Notes under the pieces: generated by a model
Databases searched by the model: none
What the model was told of the DNA's origin: nothing
Seen by the model: only the letters and a program-made list of their open reading frames with translations
IMG/VR virus record: IMGVR_UViG_3300032233_002946
Coordinates: 1 to 31,451 of that record
Strand: one strand, 5' to 3'
Origin: a virus
Taxonomy: Duplodnaviria; Caudoviricetes
Length of the DNA: 31,451 nucleotides
Made by a program: the position numbers and the translations under genes
In this document: positions 6,318 through 14,715 of the stretch, piece by piece
Layout of the letters: each line of letters opens with the position of its first letter
How positions within the stretch are numbered: position 1 is the stretch's first letter

Positions 6318-6994
6318 TGTTTAATCACGTTGATATTGATCTCCCTCAACTTGAAAGGGAAACGATTGATGGAGTAAGATACTATAAAGTACCAGAAGGA
6401 GATGAGTTATTACGACTTGTCTCTATTACTTCTGTAACCAGTCACAAGAACCGTCAGTTCTTTGCTGATTGGAGAAAGAAAGTAGGAGAAGAAAAGGCAA
6501 ATAAAATTACAAAGCAAGCAACCAGTCGTGGAACTGATATGCACACTTTGAGTGAAAATTATTTGCTTAATGTTCCAGAACTTCCTCAAGTACAACCTTT
6601 ATCTGAAATGTTGTTCGGGATTGCCAAACCTTATTTAAATAAAATAAATAATATTCACGCACTTGAAAGATCTTTATATAGTAAAGTGCTTGGAATTGCT
6701 GGAACTGTTGATTGTATTGCAGAATACAATGATGAATTGGCAATCATTGACTTTAAAACTTCAAAGAAACCAAAACCAAGAGAGTGGATTGAACACTATT
6801 TTGTTCAATGCTCTGCTTATGCTTGCATGTTATACGAGATGACTGGTATAATAGTAAAGAAATTTGTAATCATAATGGCCTGTGAAAACGGAGAATGTGA
6901 AATCTATGAAGAATACGACAAAGCAAAATACATCAAATTGCTTACCCAATATATTAGAGAATTTGTTGCAGATAAACTTCAATCCTATGAATGA
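6317..6994 (+). CDS. PD-(D/E)XK exonuclease (T4-like cyanophage core exonuclease)
   Basis: SITSV, RGT.MH, AGTVDC, IIDFKTS and Q..AY motifs. Confidence 0.9.
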   Translation: MFNHVDIDLPQLERETIDGVRYYKVPEGDELLRLVSITSVTSHKNRQFFADWRKKVGEEKANKITKQATSRGTDMHTLSENYLLNVPELPQVQPLSEMLFGIAKPYLNKINNIHALERSLYSKVLGIAGTVDCIAEYNDELAIIDFKTSKKPKPREWIEHYFVQCSAYACMLYEMTGIIVKKFVIIMACENGECEIYEEYDKAKYIKLLTQYIREFVADKLQSYE

Positions 6995-7241
6995 CGAAAT
7001 TAAAGAAGAACTTAGTAGCAAGTTTTTATGTCCACAAAAATTTGCACAAGACATTGAGAGTATTGTAAAAGCATCAAAGATCAATTATATTGACGCAATC
7101 GTTACTTATTGCGAAGAGAATAATATTGAAGTTGAAACTGTTTCCAAGTTAATTTCAAAACCATTGAAAGAAAAACTGAAGCACAATGCAACTGAACTCA
7201 ATTTCTTAAAGAAAACAACTCGTGCTAAACTGCCTTTGTGA
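6987..7241 (+). CDS. gp33: Late promoter transcription co-activator gp33
   Basis: YIDAIV.YCEEN.IE......ISKPLKEKL motif; synteny with gp59 and gp32; ATG 6987 preferred. Confidence 0.88.
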   Translation: MNDEIKEELSSKFLCPQKFAQDIESIVKASKINYIDAIVTYCEENNIEVETVSKLISKPLKEKLKHNATELNFLKKTTRAKLPL

Positions 7242-7828
7242 CTGACTTTGAGACATATAAAACTTACTTAGCATTTAAAAATCATTTTACAAAAAAAGAT
7301 TACGACTACTTTAAGTATTGTGGAAGAAGTAGAGCATCTATTAGTTCCTTTCACAAACGCAAAGACAGGTATTTTTTTGAACGTTTAAGTCGTCAAAAAA
7401 ATGATGACGAAATTAAAGCATATTTTGTTGCAAACTTTGTGGAATGTGATGATCCAGACAGATTGTGGATTGGTGAAATCATCAGAAGTGGTGAAGATAC
7501 TTATACCAATTGGATGAAAAGATCACAAAGTTTATTTTACTTGTTCAAAACAGAAATAAAAGTTTTTATAAGAAAAGATAATTTTGAAGAGTTATTTGAT
7601 TGTAAAACTGGAAATCACCCAGAAATTTTAAAGAAACATCTACAAAAAGCAATCAGTATAGAAACAATTACAATTTTGGATTTGATTTTAGAATTCACTA
7701 AAAAATTTGATAAAAAACTTACTGATCCTGTTTGGGAATTTATAAGTTTAAGAATTCAAAAATATAAACCATTTATAAATATTGATGTAGAAAAGTATAA
7801 AGAAGTACTCAAGGAGATTGTATTATGA
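7238..7828 (+). CDS. gp59: Helicase loader gp59
   Basis: Y..YLA.KNHF....YDYFKY and KRKDRYFFE motifs; GTG start overlapping the upstream stop. Confidence 0.9.
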   Translation: MTDFETYKTYLAFKNHFTKKDYDYFKYCGRSRASISSFHKRKDRYFFERLSRQKNDDEIKAYFVANFVECDDPDRLWIGEIIRSGEDTYTNWMKRSQSLFYLFKTEIKVFIRKDNFEELFDCKTGNHPEILKKHLQKAISIETITILDLILEFTKKFDKKLTDPVWEFISLRIQKYKPFINIDVEKYKEVLKEIVL

Positions 7829-8157
7829 GTGGATTTTTTGATTCGGAAATGGTCAGAAAATCATTGATAGAACTTGATGATCTTCAAGAAAAAATTATCA
7901 ATCAATTGTATCATATTCCTTTTGCTGATAAAAAAAAGAAAAGGGAACATCTTGAAACAATGAAAGAGTTTTTGGAAAAACAAAAACTTTTTATTTTCAG
8001 GATGTCTTTATCTAATGATCCAGAAGCAGTAGAAATGAAAGAAAAAATCATTGAATCTGCTAAACTTTTTGGTTTTAAACCAGGAGATAATTTAAATAAA
8101 TTCTTTGAGGATATGGAAGAAACAATTGATAAACTTGAAGAAACCCTTGACGTTTGA
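7825..8157 (+). CDS. DUF1825-like hypothetical protein
   Basis: FFDSEMV...EKQK....R.SLS.DPEA pattern; position between gp59 and gp32. Confidence 0.75.
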   Translation: MSGFFDSEMVRKSLIELDDLQEKIINQLYHIPFADKKKKREHLETMKEFLEKQKLFIFRMSLSNDPEAVEMKEKIIESAKLFGFKPGDNLNKFFEDMEETIDKLEETLDV

Positions 8158-8175
8158 CCTTATACCTGCTACACT
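8147..8175 (+). promoter_or_regulatory. Sigma70-type promoter for gene 32
   Basis: TTGACG-N17-TACACT with extended -10 TGn. Confidence 0.7.
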
Positions 8176-8176
8176 T

Positions 8177-8218
8177 AATACGTACAATACATTCCAATAC
8201 AACAAATACGGAGAATAC
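8177..8218 (+). repeat. Five AATAC repeats in the gene 32 leader
   Basis: AATAC at 8177, 8186, 8196, 8205 and 8214. Confidence 0.75.
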
Positions 8219-8220
8219 AA

Positions 8221-9117
8221 ATGTCTTTTGCTGATCTTAAAAAGCAATCTAAGATGGGTTCTTTGACCGAAAAACTCATCAAACAAGTTGAGAAACTCAA
8301 CGAAACTGGTTCCAAAGATGATGATCGTTTTTGGAAACCCTCAATGGATAAGGGTGGTACAGGTTCTGCCATCGTCCGTTTTCTTCCTGCCCCTGCTGGA
8401 TGTGATCTTCCTTGGGCACAGGTTTGGTCTCACGCATTTCAAGGACCTGGTGGTTGGTTAATTGATAACTGCCTCACTACTAACAAAGGTCAGTGTCCTG
8501 TTTGTGAAGCAAACCGTGAACTTTGGAATACTGGTAGTAAAGACAATCAAAATATTGTTCGTGATCGTAAACGTAAACTGTCTTATTATGCGAACATCTA
8601 TGTTGTAAAGGATCCTGCAAATCCTCAAAATGAAGGTCGTGTATTCCTTTATAAATTTGGTAAGAAAGTTTTTGATAAGATCATGGCTTCTATGCAACCA
8701 GAGTTTGATGATGAAAAACCTGTAAATCCTTTTGATTTCTGGGAAGGTGCTAATTTCAAACTTAAACTTCGTAAAGTTGAAGGTTACTGGAATTACGATA
8801 AATCAGAGTTTGCTGAACCTGGTCCTCTTCTCGATGACGATGATGAACTAGAAAGCATCTACAAATCTCTTCATGATTTGAATGATTTTACTGATGGAAA
8901 AAACTTCAAATCTTATGAAGATTTGAAAAAACGTTTGGATCAAGTTCTTGGTAACAAAGGAACTACTCGTCGTCAAGATCCTGAAGTTGCTGATGAAGAG
9001 GAAGAAATTGAAACAGTTCAAGAGAAGGTTTCAGTTCGTGCATCTTCTAGTTCTAATAGTGACGATGAAGATGAAGATGATGCAATGAGTTACTTTCAGA
9101 AACTTGCAGAGTCCTGA
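8221..9117 (+). CDS. gp32: Single-stranded DNA-binding protein gp32
   Basis: DDRFWK, RFLP, H.F....GW...NC......CPVC, YKFGKK and NYDKSEF motifs; acidic tail. Confidence 0.97.
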   Translation: MSFADLKKQSKMGSLTEKLIKQVEKLNETGSKDDDRFWKPSMDKGGTGSAIVRFLPAPAGCDLPWAQVWSHAFQGPGGWLIDNCLTTNKGQCPVCEANRELWNTGSKDNQNIVRDRKRKLSYYANIYVVKDPANPQNEGRVFLYKFGKKVFDKIMASMQPEFDDEKPVNPFDFWEGANFKLKLRKVEGYWNYDKSEFAEPGPLLDDDDELESIYKSLHDLNDFTDGKNFKSYEDLKKRLDQVLGNKGTTRRQDPEVADEEEEIETVQEKVSVRASSSSNSDDEDEDDAMSYFQKLAES

Positions 9118-9144
9118 TTTCAAAATCAACTTTTAATTACCTTT

Positions 9145-9176
9145 TCCCTCGGAAAAAATTTCCGGGGGATTTTTTT
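9145..9176 (+). terminator. Terminator between convergent gp32 and gp53
   Basis: TCCCTCGGAAA-AAA-TTTCCGGGGGA followed by T7. Confidence 0.85.
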
Positions 9177-9186
9177 GTCTGTAGGT

Positions 9187-9477
9187 TCAATTACCAGTTA
9201 ATTTTGGATTATGAGTTGCTTTAGTATTTGCATCAATATAATCAGAGGATTGGTCATATGTCATGATATTTTTCATATCATTAATGAATACTGAGAGATA
9301 TTGTTGTTTAAGAATTAATATTTTTCTTTTTTCTTCATTTAATTTAACTTCATAATCATAATTTGTTACTTCATTGATTCCATTGGAAGTTCTTACAATT
9401 CCATTTGAATCTGTAAAAGATGCAGAATGTCCATCAAATTCAAAATGAATTGTAACCCCAGGAAATTGAACTGACAT
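9187..9477 (-). CDS. gp53: Baseplate wedge gp53, C-terminal part (separate ORF)
   Basis: VTNYDYE...NEEKRKI.ILK..YL..FI.DM matches the usual gp53 C-terminus. Confidence 0.8.
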   Translation of the reverse strand: MSVQFPGVTIHFEFDGHSASFTDSNGIVRTSNGINEVTNYDYEVKLNEEKRKILILKQQYLSVFINDMKNIMTYDQSSDYIDANTKATHNPKLTGN

Positions 9478-9487
9478 GGTTTTTTCT

Positions 9488-10306
9488 TTATTTATAGACT
9501 AGGGTAATGACAGCATTACCATAAGTACTTGATGTTATTGTGTATAAATTATTTGGAAGTACTATTTTTTGATTTCCTATTGCATCACCTATTGTTACAT
9601 TTGTATTTTCATCTCTTCCATATAATGTCAAAGAACCACCCCAACCATTTGGCCATTGATTGAGATCATTTGAAACTGTAATTGGAACGTTAGCATCTCT
9701 TCCAAGAATACTTAAATTTGATGTATCAAATTGAATATCAGTAATTGAAGCATTGGTATCTGAACTATTCCCATATGCAATTAAAAATTGATTTAAATTA
9801 ACTGAAACTTTTGTTCCTTGAACTGGAAAACTTGATATAAAATAAGAGGTATTATTTGCATTTGTAATAATATCATCTTGATAAAATTCTGGTGGATCTG
9901 CTTGAAGACCACCAGGAACTACAACACGATTATATTCATCACGAACTTCTATTGTTTCATAATGATGAACTTTTTGAATTTCTTCTTCAGAACCATACTT
10001 ATCTAAAAGATACTTATGAAAACTTTCATTATCTAATGGCCACTGATTGTTAAAATTAGTGATATTGTTGGTTGTTAATATAACCCAATCTAGTTCTGAA
10101 TCATTATAAACTTTTTCAGCAATTTGGTCTGGTCTTTCATTATCAATAATTTGATAATAAGTAAAAGCACTGACTGCATTTGCAATATCTTCACGAAGTT
10201 TTGCTCTTTTGAAGATATTTTTTGCTAACACAACATCAGTATTGAATGACTGATCTGGAAAATTAGCAGTATAATGAAGATTTGGAAGTTCTGAAAAGTA
10301 TGCCAT
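9488..10306 (-). CDS. gp53: Baseplate wedge gp53, N-terminal part plus about 130 aa of extra sequence
   Basis: MAYFSELP, ERPDQIAEKVY.D..LDWVIL..NNI, WPL and HHYET motifs. Confidence 0.88.
   Translation of the reverse strand: MAYFSELPNLHYTANFPDQSFNTDVVLAKNIFKRAKLREDIANAVSAFTYYQIIDNERPDQIAEKVYNDSELDWVILTTNNITNFNNQWPLDNESFHKYLLDKYGSEEEIQKVHHYETIEVRDEYNRVVVPGGLQADPPEFYQDDIITNANNTSYFISSFPVQGTKVSVNLNQFLIAYGNSSDTNASITDIQFDTSNLSILGRDANVPITVSNDLNQWPNGWGGSLTLYGRDENTNVTIGDAIGNQKIVLPNNLYTITSSTYGNAVITLVYK
9489..9496 (-). promoter_or_regulatory. Late promoter at the gp53 split junction
   Basis: TATAAATA on the minus strand, 11 nt upstream of ATG 9477. Confidence 0.55.
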
Positions 10307-10308
10307 TT

Positions 10309-11856
10309 TTAGTACCCTACGTCATCGTTGTTTACTGGACTAAAATTATCCATTGCAGATACATCTTTATTTCCTTTAAAATCAGATGAAACGGGAATTT
10401 GATAATCACTTTCATATATTGGTTCAAGTTCTTGGAAATTTAAAGACATAGTAAGAGATACTGGTTGACCTTCATCATATGCTGCCCAAGTTCCATCAGG
10501 AGCATAATTAACTGCAACACTTCTCAAAGCACATATTTTAAATTTATTTAATCCTGATATATCTTTATTTCCTGTTGTTATGTAACGAAGTTTAAATACA
10601 TTTGGAGTTCCCAAGAATGTAGATCTTCCACCTGCTCCACCTGTTGCATTTAATTTTTTTGCAGCACTTCCTTGCTTGAAGAAACGAATAATTCTTTTTA
10701 CATGTCGTGCTTCTTCTTCACTTCTTGGACTCATACGATATGCAAAAGTAAAATCACGAAGAGTTGGTCCAGTAAAAAGAAGTTCCATATTGGAGTTTGG
10801 AACAATACCAAATCCTCTTGCCAATATACTTTCTGGGGATACTTCAAATCCTGCTTGTTTTAATAATGATGATGTAATTGGTGCTTTGAGTTGTGCTAAT
10901 AAATTTGGATCAATCGATCCATTTGATGCTTTTCCGATTGTTCCCAAAAACGTAATTGCAGATGCAGGAAGTCCTGCAAGTGCTTGTCCTGCTTGTGCAG
11001 CACCAGTAGCTACTGTTTGTGTTTGTAAATGGTTTGCAACATAATTCGTTACAGCAGCAGTCAAATTATTCATATTATCTTCACCCCAATTAACATTATT
11101 AGAATCTGAAATTCCAGCAGGAATTGGGAGAATGACAGTTCCAATATATTTTTTTAATGCACTATTTCTTTGTATTCCTTTTGTTAATATATCTACTCTA
11201 AATTCTGGTGTGGAATTGGTAAACAAATCTCCTTTTGGTGCTTGATAGTTATACATTGAGATTTGTAATGTATCTTGATTTCTTTCTAAAATATCTGCTG
11301 GATATTTTAGAAGTTTTGCATTTTTTGTAAAAAGTTCTTCTTCATTTGCACTTTTGAAATCTAGTTTTGAAAGATCATCAAATCCATTCCCAAGATTATT
11401 CCACAATGTAGTTGCTGCATCTATTAAGTTTCCTACCCCTATACCACCTGCACCATTACCACCAGGATTTGGGTTTTGTGCAGATGGTTGTATTGGTATT
11501 GATGTTGATATTGCAGTTGCAATATTTTTTTGCATTGCAGTTTGAATGGACTTTGTAGTATTTGCTGTATAACCAGCACCAAATCTTACTGCAGGACTTT
11601 GTGCATAACTATTCAAACTATCATAATCCACACCATTTTTATGATACGTTACTTTTCCAGTTCCATCTGGACCACCATCAATTGTATAAGTCAATCCTTG
11701 TATAAGAGGGTCTTTGCTATTTGGATCTACTGGTTGTCCAGGAAAAGCAGAATATTTTGTAGGATCATTAACAATAATGGCTTTTACAATAGTTCCATTA
11801 ACATTAATTGTACTATTTGCTGTTGTAAAATTTATGTTAGGATTTTGTTTAGTCAT
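10309..11856 (-). CDS. gp48: Baseplate tail-tube cap gp48
   Basis: LKYP, ILPIP..ISD.N.V.W, N.N.ELLF.GP.LR.F.F and F.ELEPIY motifs. Confidence 0.85.
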   Translation of the reverse strand: MTKQNPNINFTTANSTINVNGTIVKAIIVNDPTKYSAFPGQPVDPNSKDPLIQGLTYTIDGGPDGTGKVTYHKNGVDYDSLNSYAQSPAVRFGAGYTANTTKSIQTAMQKNIATAISTSIPIQPSAQNPNPGGNGAGGIGVGNLIDAATTLWNNLGNGFDDLSKLDFKSANEEELFTKNAKLLKYPADILERNQDTLQISMYNYQAPKGDLFTNSTPEFRVDILTKGIQRNSALKKYIGTVILPIPAGISDSNNVNWGEDNMNNLTAAVTNYVANHLQTQTVATGAAQAGQALAGLPASAITFLGTIGKASNGSIDPNLLAQLKAPITSSLLKQAGFEVSPESILARGFGIVPNSNMELLFTGPTLRDFTFAYRMSPRSEEEARHVKRIIRFFKQGSAAKKLNATGGAGGRSTFLGTPNVFKLRYITTGNKDISGLNKFKICALRSVAVNYAPDGTWAAYDEGQPVSLTMSLNFQELEPIYESDYQIPVSSDFKGNKDVSAMDNFSPVNNDDVGY

Positions 11857-12372
11857 TTATGGAGAAGATAAGTCGTCTGGATAATCCCAAACTTTTGATT
11901 TGAATACTGGTTGTCCTCTTTTATCTACAAATCTTTCAGTTGGGAGTAGTGATACATCCCTCCAGTCACTTTCAGGTACTTTAAATAAATCACTCATTAC
12001 ACCTGAAAACAAATAATTGTGTAATGTTTTTCTTGGTGCATTAATATTTCCTGATTTATTTATGTACGATTGTGCTATTCCCCCTCTATATTGGGGATTT
12101 ATGTAATGAAGATTTGAACCAAGAAACAGTCCTCTTCTCATATCAACTTCAATTACATAACTTAAAGGTTGTTTATCCCAAAATTTATATTTTTGTGGAT
12201 ATTTTGCAGAATATAAAAAGAAAACTAAATCTCCTGGTTTTATGAATCCAGTATCTTCCTCATTAATATCTTTTTTCTGAAAATTTAATAACTCATTCAT
12301 TAAGGCATTTGCATACCAAGAACTTGAACGATTTTTGATTCCTGCTTGTCTTATAATATCTTGTGCTATCAT
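11857..12372 (-). CDS. gp2: DNA end protector gp2-like protein
   Basis: FF.Y.AKY......WD..PL, G.NLHY and LP.ERF motifs; adjacent to gp4. Confidence 0.7.
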   Translation of the reverse strand: MIAQDIIRQAGIKNRSSSWYANALMNELLNFQKKDINEEDTGFIKPGDLVFFLYSAKYPQKYKFWDKQPLSYVIEVDMRRGLFLGSNLHYINPQYRGGIAQSYINKSGNINAPRKTLHNYLFSGVMSDLFKVPESDWRDVSLLPTERFVDKRGQPVFKSKVWDYPDDLSSP

Positions 12373-12836
12373 TTGATTTCTATTCCTAAATCTTTTTCTG
12401 TCATAATTTTGAACTCATAATTATGATCAGCACACCATTCTCTTGCTGCTTTCCATTTTGCTTGATTGACTGCCCAAGTTTTGACAGAATATACCCAAGA
12501 ACTTGTTCTTTTTGGTGGATTGTGATTTGGTTCTTTCAAATCTTTTGCTGGTTTTATTTCCACAACTAATGTCCTAGTAATATTATTTTTATCTTTATAT
12601 TTTACAAAAAAGTCAGGAAAATATCTATGAACTTTATTATCTAATGGTGAACGATAAGGAATCCAAAATTCTTCACTTTTCCATTCATTCACACTTTCAG
12701 ACAAATCACAATATTGCATAAACTTCAATTCATAAGAAGATCTATACACAACATTTGTGGGATCTCCACCATATTTTTGTGGGTGTTTTGGTTTAAATTT
12801 TCCTTGTTTATAATTTTTATTCGTCCTATCAGACAT
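12369..12836 (-). CDS. gp4: Head completion nuclease gp4
   Basis: YRSSYE, SEE..IPY, HRYFPDF, EIKP and N.AKW.AA motifs; ATG 12836 preferred. Confidence 0.93.
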   Translation of the reverse strand: MSDRTNKNYKQGKFKPKHPQKYGGDPTNVVYRSSYELKFMQYCDLSESVNEWKSEEFWIPYRSPLDNKVHRYFPDFFVKYKDKNNITRTLVVEIKPAKDLKEPNHNPPKRTSSWVYSVKTWAVNQAKWKAAREWCADHNYEFKIMTEKDLGIEIK

Positions 12837-12857
12837 ACATAGTATAGGCACTTACTG

Positions 12858-12865
12858 TATTTATA
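12858..12865 (-). promoter_or_regulatory. Late promoter for the gp4-gp2-gp48-gp53 operon
   Basis: TATAAATA on the minus strand, 21 nt upstream of ATG 12836. Confidence 0.85.
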
Positions 12866-12866
12866 G

Positions 12867-13766
12867 ATGTCTGCTTACGATATAGGACCTTTATATAAAA
12901 CAATAGAAGATACCAGAACTCTTATTGGGAATTTATCCCTAACAAGTCAATTTAAGGTATCTTTACTTTTATCTAATAGTACCTCTGGTGGGTCAGACCA
13001 AAATTTGTTGGATTGGTTGAAACGATGTGGTTTGACTTCGTTAAATGATTTGCAAAAGTATGATTTTATGTGTGCAGAAGCAACACTTCCTGGTTCTACT
13101 TTTGATATGGCTGAAGAATCTGGAAGTCGTCAAGGCATAATTGAAAGATTTCCAACTCGTAGAATTTATAGTGATTTTGACTTAACTTTTTATGTTGATA
13201 GTAATTATCAATTAATTCGTCTATTTGAAGAATGGATGAATTACATAGACCCAATTCATAGTTCTGATAAAACTTATAATGGATCGGAAAATGGACAAGT
13301 AGATTATTTGGATTCAAATGATTTTTATAGATTTAAGTATCCAAAAACATACAAAAGAACAATAGCAATAACAAAATTTGAAAGAGATTTTATTGATTAT
13401 AATCCAGTTACCAAAAGAAAAGTAACAAAAGATCAACCAACTTTAACTTATGAATTTATTGATGCATTTCCAACAAATCTTACTGCACTTCCATTATCTT
13501 ATGAAGGAAGTACAATCACCAAAACTACTGTAAATTTTAGTTATTCCAGATATATTTTATTAAAACATAAAGGCACCAATCTTCCGAATGGAAATACTGC
13601 TTTTGGGGACGCATCACAACAAGCATTACAAATTTCAAATCCTGCTTCTGGTTATTATGGACCTGCTCAAACAAATTTAAGTAATGAGCAAATATTAAAT
13701 AATAACGGACTTGGAGAGCAAGAACAAATTATAAATGCACAAAATACTTTAAATCAACCATTATAA
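12867..13766 (+). CDS. Tail-tube-fold baseplate protein (gp54/gp19-like)
   Basis: C.EATLPG, LTFYVD, FEEWMNYI, AFP......LSY and V.FSY motifs. Confidence 0.8.
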   Translation: MSAYDIGPLYKTIEDTRTLIGNLSLTSQFKVSLLLSNSTSGGSDQNLLDWLKRCGLTSLNDLQKYDFMCAEATLPGSTFDMAEESGSRQGIIERFPTRRIYSDFDLTFYVDSNYQLIRLFEEWMNYIDPIHSSDKTYNGSENGQVDYLDSNDFYRFKYPKTYKRTIAITKFERDFIDYNPVTKRKVTKDQPTLTYEFIDAFPTNLTALPLSYEGSTITKTTVNFSYSRYILLKHKGTNLPNGNTAFGDASQQALQISNPASGYYGPAQTNLSNEQILNNNGLGEQEQIINAQNTLNQPL

Positions 13767-13773
13767 GATTGTC

Positions 13774-13781
13774 AATAAATA
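13774..13781 (+). promoter_or_regulatory. Late promoter
   Basis: Intergenic AATAAATA upstream of gp26. Confidence 0.8.
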
Positions 13782-13807
13782 GTCATAACTGAATTGTATA
13801 TTTCAAA

Positions 13808-14533
13808 ATGCCATTGCCAAAGATTGCAACTCCTACTTATGAGTTGACTTTACCATCATCTGGAAAATCAATTAAATATCGTCCATTTTTAGTCAAAGAA
13901 GAAAAAATACTTATTCTTGCACTTGAAAGTCAAGATATTAAACAAATTACGACTGCAATTAAGCAAGTATTAAAAGAATGTATTTTATCAAAAGGAATTA
14001 AGGTAGAAGAATTGCCTACTTTTGATATTGAATATATTTTCTTAAATGTTCGTGGAAAATCAGTTGGAGAAGCAATTGATTTGATTATAACTTGTAGTGA
14101 TGATGGAGAAACAGAAGTTTCTGTTAAAATTTTTATTGATGAAATTCAAGTTCAAAGAGATCCAGAGCATTCACAAGAAATCAAACTTGATGATAATTTG
14201 TTATTGAAAATGAAGTATCCTTCATTAAATGAATTCATTAAAAATAATTTTGATTTTAGTGGTGAGGATGCTTCTACGATTGAAAAGTCCTTTGATATTA
14301 TTAGTTCTTGTATTGATATGGTTTATAGTGCAGAAGAAAGTTGGTCTGCTGCTGATTGCACCAAAAAAGAACTTAATGATTGGATTGAAACTTTAACATC
14401 CAATCAATTTCAAGAAATTGAAAAGTTCTTTAATACAATGCCTAAACTTGCTCATACTTTTAAAGTTAAGAATCCAAAAACTGGTGTTGAAAGTGAAGTA
14501 ACGTTGGAGGGTTTAACCAGTTTTTTCGGCTAA
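13808..14533 (+). CDS. gp26: Baseplate hub assembly protein (usually annotated gp26)
   Basis: MPLPKI.TPTYEL.LPS, YRPFLVKEEK, R.KSVGE motifs; ends LEGL.SFF. Confidence 0.9.
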   Translation: MPLPKIATPTYELTLPSSGKSIKYRPFLVKEEKILILALESQDIKQITTAIKQVLKECILSKGIKVEELPTFDIEYIFLNVRGKSVGEAIDLIITCSDDGETEVSVKIFIDEIQVQRDPEHSQEIKLDDNLLLKMKYPSLNEFIKNNFDFSGEDASTIEKSFDIISSCIDMVYSAEESWSAADCTKKELNDWIETLTSNQFQEIEKFFNTMPKLAHTFKVKNPKTGVESEVTLEGLTSFFG

Positions 14534-14580
14534 TCATGGCACATATGGATCTTGAATCATATTTTAAGATCAATTTTGCC
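14506..14580 (+). other. Candidate programmed -1 ribosomal frameshift signal
   Basis: GGAGG 14506-14510, N10, T-TTT-TTC 14521-14527, hairpin 14548-14571; the -1 frame is open into ATG 14536. Confidence 0.6.
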
Positions 14581-14715
14581 TTGATGCAGCATCATAAATA
14601 CTCTTTGACTGAGATTGAAAATATGATGCCCTGGGAAAGGGACATTTATCTGGAATTATTAAAACAATTTGTAGAAGAAGAAAACCTTAAAATAAAACAA
14701 CAACAGAATGGTTAA
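14536..14715 (+). CDS. gp51: Baseplate hub assembly catalyst (usually annotated gp51), 59 aa
   Basis: Manual translation MAHMDLESYFKINFALMQHHKYSLTEIENMMPWERDIY... Confidence 0.88.
   Translation: MAHMDLESYFKINFALMQHHKYSLTEIENMMPWERDIYLELLKQFVEEENLKIKQQQNG

Noticed and set aside
6317-6994. Cas4-like nuclease as part of a CRISPR system
   Set aside because: No array, no other cas genes and no four-Cys cluster pattern; it is a core exonuclease in the usual phoH-exo-gp33-gp59-gp32 order
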